Shown: in pieces, positions 31,036 to 39,382 of the stretch
How positions within the stretch are numbered: the first letter of the stretch is position 1
Layout of the letters: each line of letters starts with the position of its first letter
NCBI GenBank assembly: GCA_047946875.1
Contig: CP181398.1
Location: 463,818 to 527,817 of the forward strand
Origin: Candidatus Kerfeldbacteria bacterium
Lineage (GTDB): Bacteria > Patescibacteriota > Patescibacteriia > UBA10025 > JAHIVO01
Direction: 5' to 3'
Length of the DNA: 64,000 nucleotides
Notes under the pieces: generated by a model
The model's input: the letters and a program-made list of their open reading frames with translations, nothing else
Database searches by the model: none
Told to the model about the DNA's origin: nothing
Translations under genes and position numbers: made by a program

Positions 31036-31368
31036 CTACCAAGTAGTATCGATTTGAGAAGCAGTAGGTAGTCTCTCAATAGTCAACTCGAATCCTTGCG
31101 AAGCCAACTCCGTTCTGAGGTTTTTAATGACCTCCGGTGTTTCTCCACAATACCCATCGACCGTTGCTACTCCGTTTTCCCATTTGGTTGCATTCAGGCC
31201 CATTGTTTCGAGAATACTCACAACCATTGATTGACATGCAAAAAATGATGGTATGGGTACTCCCTTAGAATTATCGATAATGATACCGACTTCAAATTTG
31301 CCTGAAGGCAATTCGGAATTGAGGATATCAACCTCATTTAATTCCTTAAGAACAATTACGTTTGACAT
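31036..31368 (-). CDS. Hypothetical protein
   Basis: TTGACA-17-TAGTCT, GGAG SD, downstream hairpin with T-tract. Confidence 0.65.
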   Translation of the reverse strand: MSNVIVLKELNEVDILNSELPSGKFEVGIIIDNSKGVPIPSFFACQSMVVSILETMGLNATKWENGVATVDGYCGETPEVIKNLRTELASQGFELTIERLPTASQIDTTW

Positions 31369-31539
31369 ACTAGCTCCATAACAGAATAGGATTATGTAAA
31401 TGATTCTTGGTTCTATGTTAAGAGTGCAAACAATATAGACTAGCAGGAGGGTTATACATTGTCAAGGTCTAACGAGTTAAAAAAAACCTCCTGATATATA
31501 TACCAGGAGGGGATTCTTAATCACTTAAATGGATCTTTA

Positions 31540-31923
31540 TCAATTTTCACGAATAGCTACTTTAACTAGTTTTTCTTCATCATCAGTCAAATTCCTGATG
31601 AATCCATCTGGGCCATATAAGCCAGCTAAATAGGGATGTGAGTCATAAAGAATATTTCGCCCTGAATTTAAAAAAGTACTTTCAGCAAAACATTCAGCTA
31701 TCCACTCAGTATCATAAGTCCAAAGTAATCTGCAATTTAGTGTTTGGCTGTAGATGATCCTTTTTGTTCTCATGTTATAAACAAAAAATTGGTGCTCATC
31801 ACTATAACCAGTCCAAACAACTTTAATATCATCGTATTCCGATTGACCATTAATGAAATATCCGTCTGTAAAACTAGCTAATGTTTTTTCAAAATCATTT
31901 TCAAAAACTTCTGGCATTATCAA
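31540..31923 (-). CDS. Hypothetical protein
   Basis: TTGACT-17-TAAGAT, AGGAG SD, terminator at 31479-31510. Confidence 0.65.
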   Translation of the reverse strand: MIMPEVFENDFEKTLASFTDGYFINGQSEYDDIKVVWTGYSDEHQFFVYNMRTKRIIYSQTLNCRLLWTYDTEWIAECFAESTFLNSGRNILYDSHPYLAGLYGPDGFIRNLTDDEEKLVKVAIREN

Positions 31924-31989
31924 CTCCTATTTTTATAAAGATCTAATTAAATAATCTTATTACAACGGTTAAGAGTAGTCAAATACGTC

Positions 31990-32018
31990 TTGACCCTCAA
32001 AAAGGCCTATGTTATGAT
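31990..32018 (+). promoter_or_regulatory. Sigma70-type promoter of the xer gene
   Basis: TTGACC-17 bp-TATGAT with an extended TG. Confidence 0.65.
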
Positions 32019-32021
32019 ATA

Positions 32022-32061
32022 TATATAACTGCGTATAATAACTCTTACACTCAGTTATATA
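32022..32061. other. dif-like tyrosine-recombinase site
   Basis: tatata-ACTGCGTATAA-TAACTC-TTACACTCAGT-tatata: 11-6-11 layout, arms 9/11 inverted, 126 bp upstream of xer. Confidence 0.75.
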
Positions 32062-32107
32062 CATAGGTAAATACCCTATTAACTATATGTATATATCCTT
32101 TACCGCT

Positions 32108-32154
32108 TGTCATTCCGGGCTTGTCTGTCCGCCTCAGGAGGAATCCGGAATCTC
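32108..32154. repeat. REP-like palindrome half (TGTCATTCCGGGCTTG...ATCCGGAATCTC) with 19-nt insert
   Basis: Exact reverse complement of 34263-34290 once the insert at 32124-32142 is removed. Confidence 0.7.
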
Positions 32155-32187
32155 TGATATAATTAAAACGTTAACTAACTTCCAAAT

Positions 32188-33126
32188 ATGTCACTACCTT
32201 ACATAGATGATTATCTATTAAACCTCCAAACTAATAACTACTCTGAAAAGACCGTTTACAACTACGAACGCGATTTAAAGGTGTTTGAGGAATACTTGGA
32301 TAAAGAGTCAAAGAAGCAGTTTAACACGCTTAAAAGGCGCGATATTGAGCTCTACAAGGCCTATTTGGTGTCTAGGGATCGAAATACTGCCAAGGGTGAG
32401 AAAAGCCTTAAAAAGCTAAATGCTTACTCCATGAATAGGATGTTATCTGCCTTACGCTCGTACTTGAAGTATATGATAGATAATGATTATAAATGTCCTG
32501 TTAACCCTCAAATGATCCGTTTATCGAAGACTACTAAGAAGCATCCTCAAGTTGCAGAATTAGAAGATATTGTTAGGTTGATAGAGTCCCCATCAAAATA
32601 CGAGAAAGCCAAACACATAGCTCTTCGTAACCGCGCCATGATGGAAGTATTATTCGCAACTGGCATGAGAATCTCAGAACTGATAAACTTGAATAAGAAT
32701 CAGATAGATGCAACTGGAAAAATATTTATCGAAGGTAAAGGACGCAAGCAACGTTTCGTTTATATGACAGAGAGAGCAAAACTTCATACAGAAAAATATT
32801 TAAACTCTAGAGGAGATAATCACCCTGCTTTATTCATCCCCTACCGTGGGTCTAATGCCGGTTCTATAAATTCGCGCATATCGCCTAATTACTTACAAAT
32901 GAAGATAAAACAGTACCGAGAGCGTTTAAAAATTAATGTTCCAACCTCAGCCCATAGCTTACGTCACGGGTTCGCTACATACTTAGCTGAGTCAGGCGCC
33001 AACCCCGCCGCGATCCAAATACTCCTAGGTCACGAATCACTAGATACTACTACAAGATATGTAAATGCCTCAGATAAATTCGCCGAAAAATCTCACCGGA
33101 AATTCCACCCCCTAAAAAACAAATAA
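32188..33126 (+). CDS. Xer-type tyrosine recombinase
   Basis: N-terminal SEKTVYNYERDL; catalytic R (TGMRISEL), K (GKGRKQR), HxxR (HSLRH), H (LLGHES), Y (TTRY). No integron-integrase insertion. Confidence 0.92.
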   Translation: MSLPYIDDYLLNLQTNNYSEKTVYNYERDLKVFEEYLDKESKKQFNTLKRRDIELYKAYLVSRDRNTAKGEKSLKKLNAYSMNRMLSALRSYLKYMIDNDYKCPVNPQMIRLSKTTKKHPQVAELEDIVRLIESPSKYEKAKHIALRNRAMMEVLFATGMRISELINLNKNQIDATGKIFIEGKGRKQRFVYMTERAKLHTEKYLNSRGDNHPALFIPYRGSNAGSINSRISPNYLQMKIKQYRERLKINVPTSAHSLRHGFATYLAESGANPAAIQILLGHESLDTTTRYVNASDKFAEKSHRKFHPLKNK

Positions 33127-33133
33127 CACACTC

Positions 33134-33207
33134 TTGTCACTCTGAGCTTATGCGAAGAGTCCCCTGACCGCAGGTCAGGAGATACTTCACTTCGTTCAGT
33201 ATGACAA
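33134..33207. repeat. REP-like imperfect palindrome (TTGTCA...TGACAA)
   Basis: TTGTCACTCTGAGC..GCGAAG ... CTTCAC..CGTTCAGTATGACAA with inner CCTGACC-gca-GGTCAGG hairpin. Confidence 0.7.
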
Positions 33208-33211
33208 TCTA

Positions 33212-33238
33212 AAATTTCATCCACTTAAAGATAAATAA
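33212..33238 (+). repeat. Copy of xer 3' end (KFHPLKDK*)
   Basis: AAA TTT CAT CCA CTT AAA GAT AAA TAA versus native AAA TTC CAC CCC CTA AAA AAC AAA TAA. Confidence 0.85.
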
Positions 33239-33250
33239 TATATCAATCAT

Positions 33251-33421
33251 ATGAATGAATATAATCCAATAAAACATGAAAAAGAAATCAAAAAAACACA
33301 AAAAAAGAATTCACCCTTTAAAAACGTTATTATTATTCTAATCATTATCGGACTTTTATGTTTCTTACCTTTAATGTTTTATTTTGTTATGTTTTTTCGT
33401 CCAGATAAGATCTTTGGTTAA
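33251..33421 (+). CDS. 56-aa single-TM small protein (not in ORF track)
   Basis: MNEYNPIKHEKEIKKTQKKNSPFKNVIIILIIIGLLCFLPLMFYFVMFFRPDKIFG*; starts 12 nt after a xer-tail copy. Confidence 0.55.
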   Translation: MNEYNPIKHEKEIKKTQKKNSPFKNVIIILIIIGLLCFLPLMFYFVMFFRPDKIFG

Positions 33422-33480
33422 TTTGATTTCTTATTAAGTATTCTCAAAAAAATAATCATGCATTAAAAGAACTTCGCAAA

Positions 33481-33507
33481 AAATTTCACCCACTTAAAGA
33501 TAAATAA
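33481..33507 (+). repeat. Copy of xer 3' end (KFHPLKDK*)
   Basis: AAA TTT CAC CCA CTT AAA GAT AAA TAA. Confidence 0.85.
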
Positions 33508-33518
33508 TTAATTTACCA

Positions 33519-33561
33519 GCCGTAACTTCATGCGAAGGCTGGACCACTTAAAGATAAATAA
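33519..33561 (+). repeat. 43-bp unit: short palindrome plus truncated xer tail (PLKDK*)
   Basis: 40/43 identical to 34177-34219. Confidence 0.85.
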
Positions 33562-33562
33562 T

Positions 33563-34084
33563 ATGAAAAAAATTAATGACAAAAGTATTCTAATAATTGA
33601 AATCTTTTTCATGTCTCTTGGTACTTTTTTTATTATTTCCTCCTTATTTATCCCAAAACTTTTTTCCTGGTTAACCATAAATTATCAATTTGAAGCACCC
33701 CATTTAGTTATTCTCATCATCGGGCTTGCGGGGGTAGGTTTTGCCTGGTATCACAACATTAGAACAACTAATTTTAAAAGGCAGGATCATCCTAAGCAAA
33801 TTAGTTCTATTACACAAAGCTTTGTTAATATTGGTATTACTACAGGAAATATTTTACTGGGATATTTACTTGGTATCTTAGTTACCTACGTCATTAGTAT
33901 TTCAATAACTGAAACTCAACGAATAGTGTTTGGAATAGGTATAATGATGATTTATACTTCCTTATTAGGAATATTTGCAAAAAAAGATAAACAAAAGTTT
34001 TTAATAATGGTTTTAATAACATTAATGATTGCATGGCTTCTATCTATCGTATCTGGTTTATTGGACAATGCAATAAATAATTAA
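33563..34084 (+). CDS. Hypothetical multi-TM membrane protein
   Basis: About five hydrophobic segments. Start moved to 33563 because the longer start lies inside the repeat. Confidence 0.65.
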   Translation: MKKINDKSILIIEIFFMSLGTFFIISSLFIPKLFSWLTINYQFEAPHLVILIIGLAGVGFAWYHNIRTTNFKRQDHPKQISSITQSFVNIGITTGNILLGYLLGILVTYVISISITETQRIVFGIGIMMIYTSLLGIFAKKDKQKFLIMVLITLMIAWLLSIVSGLLDNAINN

Positions 34085-34092
34085 ATTCTTTT

Positions 34093-34157
34093 ATGCCTCA
34101 GACAGGTTCGCTGAGAAGTCCCATCATAAATATCACCCTCTAAGCAAAAAAGAATAA
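34093..34157 (+). pseudogene. Diverged xer 3' fragment (ASDRFAEKSHHKYHPLSKKE*)
   Basis: 14/19 aa identical to the native C-terminus ASDKFAEKSHRKFHPLKNK*, with seven synonymous codon changes. Confidence 0.9.
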
Positions 34158-34176
34158 TTAACTAACAACTTTATCC

Positions 34177-34219
34177 GCCGTAGCTTTATGCGAAGGCTGA
34201 ACCACTTAAAGATAAATAA
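34177..34219 (+). repeat. 43-bp unit: short palindrome plus truncated xer tail (PLKDK*)
   Basis: GCCGTAGCTTTATGCGAAGGCTGAACCACTTAAAGATAAATAA. Confidence 0.85.
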
Positions 34220-34235
34220 CTTTATAAAACATCCC

Positions 34236-34290
34236 TCATCCTGAACTTGATTAAGGATCCCCGAGATTCCGGATCAAGCCCGGAATGACA
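34236..34290. repeat. REP-like palindrome with mismatched (hybrid) halves
   Basis: TCATCCTGAACTTGATTAAGGATCC / GAGATTCCGGATCAAGCCCGGAATGACA. Confidence 0.7.
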
Positions 34291-34300
34291 AACTAATAAT

Positions 34301-35152
34301 ATGAATGAAAACAAGCAAAAAATTATTGAACGATACTACCAATATTCCACACCATATTTATTGAAATACTGGTCTGATAAGGAAAGTATGAGTATTCATT
34401 ATGGTTTTTGGTACCCAGAAACAAAATCGCGTAGCGAAGCATTCTTAAACCAACACCGCTCAGTAGTCGAACTACTACAACCTTCGGCTGATGATTATAT
34501 CCTAGATATAGGTTGTGGAGTCGGCGGCGTTTCTACATGGCTCGCACAGCATACACCAGCACGCTACGTCGGTATCACTCTCGCTGACAACCAAATCCGT
34601 ATGGCCCGACAATTAGCCCAACGTCGAAAAGTGGCAGACCGTACAGCATACAGCCGTATGGATTTTTTTAAAACATCTTTCAATGATAATACCTTTACTA
34701 AGGCATTTGCTATTGAGAGTATTTGTCACTCTTATCCACGCCAACTTGAAGTATTTCGAGAAATGTACCGTATCCTTAAGAAGGGAGCAACTTTACTTAT
34801 TTCTGATTCTGCCCTTTTTCGGCAAGCAACCGGAAAGCAAGAATTAAAATGGGTAAAAAATTTCTGTAACGGCTGGGCCATGACTGATTATAGTACTATT
34901 AATGACATTGTAATTTCTTTAAAAAAGGCGCAATTTAAAAATATACGAATCATCGACCGAACAAAGCTTGTCTCACGTAATATTAATCAAATTTATTGGA
35001 TCGGCATCTGGTCATATCCATTGTTAAAAATCAAGCAACTACTTGGCCATCTTCCAAAAATAGTATTAGGTAACAACCTGGCCGCAGTTACCCAAAAGAA
35101 GTTAGTTAATGCCGATCTGGCCGGATATTTTTCAATTATTGCTCACAAATAA
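34301..35152 (+). CDS. Class I SAM methyltransferase (sterol/tocopherol MT-like)
   Basis: SIHYGFW, ILDIGCGVGG, YVGITL, AIESICH. Confidence 0.85.
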   Translation: MNENKQKIIERYYQYSTPYLLKYWSDKESMSIHYGFWYPETKSRSEAFLNQHRSVVELLQPSADDYILDIGCGVGGVSTWLAQHTPARYVGITLADNQIRMARQLAQRRKVADRTAYSRMDFFKTSFNDNTFTKAFAIESICHSYPRQLEVFREMYRILKKGATLLISDSALFRQATGKQELKWVKNFCNGWAMTDYSTINDIVISLKKAQFKNIRIIDRTKLVSRNINQIYWIGIWSYPLLKIKQLLGHLPKIVLGNNLAAVTQKKLVNADLAGYFSIIAHK

Positions 35153-35155
35153 AAT

Positions 35156-36313
35156 ATGGCAAAAACAACATTAAACTACAAACTACTACTCCACTTATTT
35201 GATTCTGCATATATCAGAAGATGGAACGATCAAGTAAGGACAGCAGACTTCCGAGAGATTGATAAACAAGCACATAAGTTTATTATTGCTTTTTTGATTG
35301 GGAAACATAACAAGAGTAAAGACTTTGACTGGCAATCATTGATAGAAGCTGGGGTATACGAATTTTTTCATCGATTAGCGCTCACAGACCTGAAGCCTCA
35401 ACTCTTTCATAGAATCACAGAAGACAAAGCAACTTACAAAAAATTAATCACTTACTCAAAAAATAAATTAGCTGAATCTTTCAATGATAACGATTTTTTG
35501 AAAGCATACGAAGAATATTTCATAAAGAAATTAACCAAACCAAACATCTATAACCAGATCATGGACTCTGCCAACTATATTGCATCCAGAGAAGAATTTG
35601 AAATCATTAAGCAAACAAATCCAAAAGGATACAGAGTTGCATTAATAGATAAAGAAATCAAAAAGAATATTGATACTGCCTTAAAAATCGAAGGAGTTAA
35701 AAATATTGAGAATAATAAAAAACTACGAGACTTCATAAAACTTTGCGGTCAGCTAAGATTTCAGATCAGATGGAGCAATATGCATCGTGTACCAAAAACA
35801 TCTGTACTTGGACATATGCTAACAGTTGCGATCATTACATATTTACTTACCAAGGATGACAAAACCAAAATCAAGAATATTTACAACAATTTTTTTACTG
35901 GCCTATTCCACGATTTACCCGAAGCACTCACTAGAGATATAATGAGTCCACTCAAAGAAGTTGGCGGGATGTTAGATATAATTAAAAAGTACGAGCGTGA
36001 AGAGATGGAACAAACGGTATATCCCCTTCTACCCGCACATATCAAATCTGATATTAAACTATTCACCATGAATGAATTTGATATACTTAAAAAAGGTAAG
36101 AATATAACTAGAAACGGAGATTTATTAAAAGCCGTTGACCGTTTATCAGCTTATATAGAAGCATATCTAGCACTACAGAATGGTGTAAAAAATAAAGACC
36201 TAAAAGATGCACGAACTACCCTTGCAAAAAAATATACCAAGACACCTATTATCGGTGGTGTAAACTTCGGCAATTTTTATAAGGATTTAGAAAATAAATT
36301 TTTAATAATATGA
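35156..36313 (+). CDS. HD-domain protein, duplicated YfbR-like
   Basis: IRRWND..EIDKQAHK and QIRWS..SVLGH..LFHDLPEALTRDI. Confidence 0.8.
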   Translation: MAKTTLNYKLLLHLFDSAYIRRWNDQVRTADFREIDKQAHKFIIAFLIGKHNKSKDFDWQSLIEAGVYEFFHRLALTDLKPQLFHRITEDKATYKKLITYSKNKLAESFNDNDFLKAYEEYFIKKLTKPNIYNQIMDSANYIASREEFEIIKQTNPKGYRVALIDKEIKKNIDTALKIEGVKNIENNKKLRDFIKLCGQLRFQIRWSNMHRVPKTSVLGHMLTVAIITYLLTKDDKTKIKNIYNNFFTGLFHDLPEALTRDIMSPLKEVGGMLDIIKKYEREEMEQTVYPLLPAHIKSDIKLFTMNEFDILKKGKNITRNGDLLKAVDRLSAYIEAYLALQNGVKNKDLKDARTTLAKKYTKTPIIGGVNFGNFYKDLENKFLII

Positions 36314-36759
36314 ACCCAGAACAACCAAAAATAACATCCACCTCCACTTATGAAGAAGATGCGTCATACACTGATCCTGTAGCAATTGAACAAGAAAGAA
36401 ATATATTATTATCAATGGATAAAGAAGAAAAATTATTTATTGCTCCTAATCAACCCTCTAAAGGTGAATTGGAAATGATGCAACTGCAATTATTTGAAGC
36501 ACGTGAAGATCTGGGCGGAAAGTCAGCCTACGATTATTTTGATAAAATTATTTTTGGGCACGGTGAAGGTCCTGCTAATATAGACCAACGAACATTCAAA
36601 GGTGCAAATGATTTAGATGAAAAATATCAGGGCACTATTGGTGATATCAAAGAACGTATTGGTGTAGACAATAAAAAAATACTAATCATAGTATGTGGAT
36701 CAAATAAAGAAGATAAAATGACGCTAACAAAAGCAATACAAGCATATTTTTCAAATTAA
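36310..36759 (+). CDS. Hypothetical protein
   Basis: 149-aa ORF overlapping the upstream stop (ATGA); no recognisable motif. Confidence 0.6.
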   Translation: MNPEQPKITSTSTYEEDASYTDPVAIEQERNILLSMDKEEKLFIAPNQPSKGELEMMQLQLFEAREDLGGKSAYDYFDKIIFGHGEGPANIDQRTFKGANDLDEKYQGTIGDIKERIGVDNKKILIIVCGSNKEDKMTLTKAIQAYFSN

Positions 36760-36801
36760 TATAAATAATGTTAAACATACTAAAAAGAAATTTAAAAAAA
36801 T

Positions 36802-37245
36802 ATGAAAAAAATTATTATCCCTCTCATCTTCATTAGCTTATTTATTATCATCCCATTAGTAAATGCAATTACCGTGGATTCAGCTTTAGGCACCAGTATG
36901 AGCGATGAACGAGTACCATATCCCGAATCCTCAACTATTAATGTAATGGATTTAATAATATTTTTCTTAATTATAATATCATTAATTAGTATAATTTATA
37001 GTATTATTTTTTTAATTACTACTAAATTAAAAATTAAAAAATTAACAATGAATAATAATCAAATACAATCTGAAAAAGAAATATCACCAGAATCAAAACT
37101 TGAATATGAAAAGTATAAAAAATTAACCAAACACTACAAAAGAATATTATTTGTTGGTTTAATAGTATTTATTGTAGCTGTAGCTTACGTGGTATTTATT
37201 ATTAATAATCCTTGCTGTAATTCACTTAATAGCGTTATATACTAA
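36802..37245 (+). CDS. Hypothetical membrane protein with signal peptide
   Basis: Signal peptide plus two TM segments. Confidence 0.6.
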   Translation: MKKIIIPLIFISLFIIIPLVNAITVDSALGTSMSDERVPYPESSTINVMDLIIFFLIIISLISIIYSIIFLITTKLKIKKLTMNNNQIQSEKEISPESKLEYEKYKKLTKHYKRILFVGLIVFIVAVAYVVFIINNPCCNSLNSVIY

Positions 37246-37310
37246 ATTTTATTCCCTACAAAAATAATTAAGAACGATTTAATAAATAAACTAAAAATAA
37301 AGAAAATAAT

Positions 37311-37862
37311 ATGGAAGAACACGTGGTATTGGTAAATAATAAAAATGAAGTATTAGGCACAGCCCCCAAATCCACCGTGCACACCAATGACACCCCTCTT
37401 CATCGAGCCTTTTCTTCATTTATTTTTAACCGCAAAGGTGAAATATTATTATCACAAAGGAGCGGTCAGAAAAAAACTTGGCCCTTAGTCTGGACAAATA
37501 GTTGTTGTGGTCATCCAGCACTGAACGAATCTAATACTGATGCAGTCAGACGAAAATTATTAGATGAGCTTGGACTCGAGATAGAAGAAATCCATGAAGT
37601 CCTCCCCGACTATCGATATAAAGCTGAAAAAGAAGGGCTAGTAGAAAACGAAATATGTCCGGTATTCATAGCCTTTACTAACAACCAACCAATACTTAAC
37701 AAACAAGAAGTAGAGTCTACTAAATTGATGGTGTGGCCAGAATTCATTAAGGAAATAAAAAACAATCCCAACAATTGGTCACCGTGGTGTGTAGAAGAAG
37801 TTATATTGCTAGAAAAAAATAATTTATTTAACAAACTACTTAAAAAATATACTACTATATAA
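37311..37862 (+). CDS. idi: Isopentenyl-diphosphate delta-isomerase, type 1
   Basis: LHRAFS, WTNSCCGHP, ENEICPV, WSPW. Confidence 0.92.
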   Translation: MEEHVVLVNNKNEVLGTAPKSTVHTNDTPLHRAFSSFIFNRKGEILLSQRSGQKKTWPLVWTNSCCGHPALNESNTDAVRRKLLDELGLEIEEIHEVLPDYRYKAEKEGLVENEICPVFIAFTNNQPILNKQEVESTKLMVWPEFIKEIKNNPNNWSPWCVEEVILLEKNNLFNKLLKKYTTI

Positions 37863-37874
37863 TATATTACCAAA

Positions 37875-38519
37875 ATGAATCAAAAAATTAAAACAATAAT
37901 ATATGACTTTGATGGCACTATAATTAATACCCTCCCTTGGCATTTACGAGCATATAGAGAATCTCTAAAAAAATTAGGAGTAGAATTATCCGATAAGAAA
38001 ATTATAAAGAATTGCTTCAACATCATCGATACTGTTGCGGCAAAAAACTTGGAGCTCGAAGATGTAGAATCTTTTTCTAAGTATTATCATCAAGGTGCTC
38101 GAGATGGTTTTAAACAAGCTGATTTGCATAAAAACATTATTATTACCCTAACTAAGCTAAACCAATTAGGATATACTGTTTGCCTTGGCTCTTTAGGAAG
38201 GAGATCAAACTTTGATCCAGCACTTAAACGATTTGATCTGGAAAAATATTTCAAAATAATCCTAAGTTATGATGAATGCCCACACGAAAAACCGATCATC
38301 CTGCAGACACTTGCTAAAAAAATAAACGCTAACCCGTCTGAAATATTAATAATTGGCGATGCCTATAATGATATTGAAGCAGCCAAGATTATGAATAGCA
38401 CTATAGCACTTTACCATCCTCCAGAGCATGAAAAATTTTATTCACGTGCCTCACTACAATTATTAAAACCAAATTTTATTATCGAAGATCATTTAGATAT
38501 AATTAAATTACTAAATTAA
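37875..38519 (+). CDS. HAD-family phosphatase
   Basis: YDFDGT, EKP, IGDAYND. Confidence 0.85.
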   Translation: MNQKIKTIIYDFDGTIINTLPWHLRAYRESLKKLGVELSDKKIIKNCFNIIDTVAAKNLELEDVESFSKYYHQGARDGFKQADLHKNIIITLTKLNQLGYTVCLGSLGRRSNFDPALKRFDLEKYFKIILSYDECPHEKPIILQTLAKKINANPSEILIIGDAYNDIEAAKIMNSTIALYHPPEHEKFYSRASLQLLKPNFIIEDHLDIIKLLN

Positions 38520-38625
38520 ACTCAACATAATCCTCTACCGTCCCTTGTTACTCTAATTCTAACAGCATAAAGGCTGGAATCTAGAACAATTCAAGAATGA
38601 CAAACTAATAAATAATTATTTATTT

Positions 38626-39372
38626 ATGAAACTAAAAGAAACATTTAGTACAATTCCATTACAGTATGACAAAGTACGACCTGATTATCCCCCTACCCTT
38701 TTTCAGGATATTTTAAATTACAGTCAATTGAGTAAAAGTGATCCCATTTTGGAAATTGGTATTGGTACTGGTAAGGCCACGCTACCATTCGCCAAACATG
38801 GTAATCCTATTATAGCGAATGATATCAGCCGAGAATTAATTGGCGTAGCTAAAAATAAACTTAAAAATTACAAAAAAATTAAATATGTTGTCGGACAATT
38901 TGAAAAAATAATATTACAAAAAAATAAATTTGGACTTATATACTCCGCACAAACTTTTCATTGGATTAAGCCAAATATACAATTTACAAAAACCCACTCA
39001 TTACTCAGGCAAGATGGTGTGTTAGCTCTTTTTTGGAATCTAAATTATTATGATCAAGGTATCGGCAAGTGGGCTCTTAAACTCAATAAAAAATATTCTT
39101 CAGCAAAAAAAGGTAAAACACGATCTATTATACAACAATTTAAACGACACCGTCTTTTTAAAGATGCAATTATAAAAGAATACCGCCGTGAAATAGGAAT
39201 GAGCAAAATTAACTATATTAAAATGCAAACATCACATTCTTGGTACCTAGTACTATCAGATAAACGAAAACAGCTTGCTATGATTGATTTACAAAAAGCT
39301 CTTATTCATTACCCAAAAATCATAAAAATGCCAATAAAAACGATATTAGTAATGGCTAAAAAAAATAAATAA
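38626..39372 (+). CDS. Class I SAM methyltransferase
   Basis: YDKVRPDYP, LEIGIGTGKAT, SAQTFHW. Confidence 0.85.
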   Translation: MKLKETFSTIPLQYDKVRPDYPPTLFQDILNYSQLSKSDPILEIGIGTGKATLPFAKHGNPIIANDISRELIGVAKNKLKNYKKIKYVVGQFEKIILQKNKFGLIYSAQTFHWIKPNIQFTKTHSLLRQDGVLALFWNLNYYDQGIGKWALKLNKKYSSAKKGKTRSIIQQFKRHRLFKDAIIKEYRREIGMSKINYIKMQTSHSWYLVLSDKRKQLAMIDLQKALIHYPKIIKMPIKTILVMAKKNK

Positions 39373-39382
39373 TCCACTTAAC

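Noticed and set aside
33212-34219. CRISPR array from the CCACTTAAAGATAAATAA repeats
   Set aside because: Spacing is irregular (about 50-660 bp), genes lie between repeats, and the repeats translate as the xer C-terminus; no cas operon is present.
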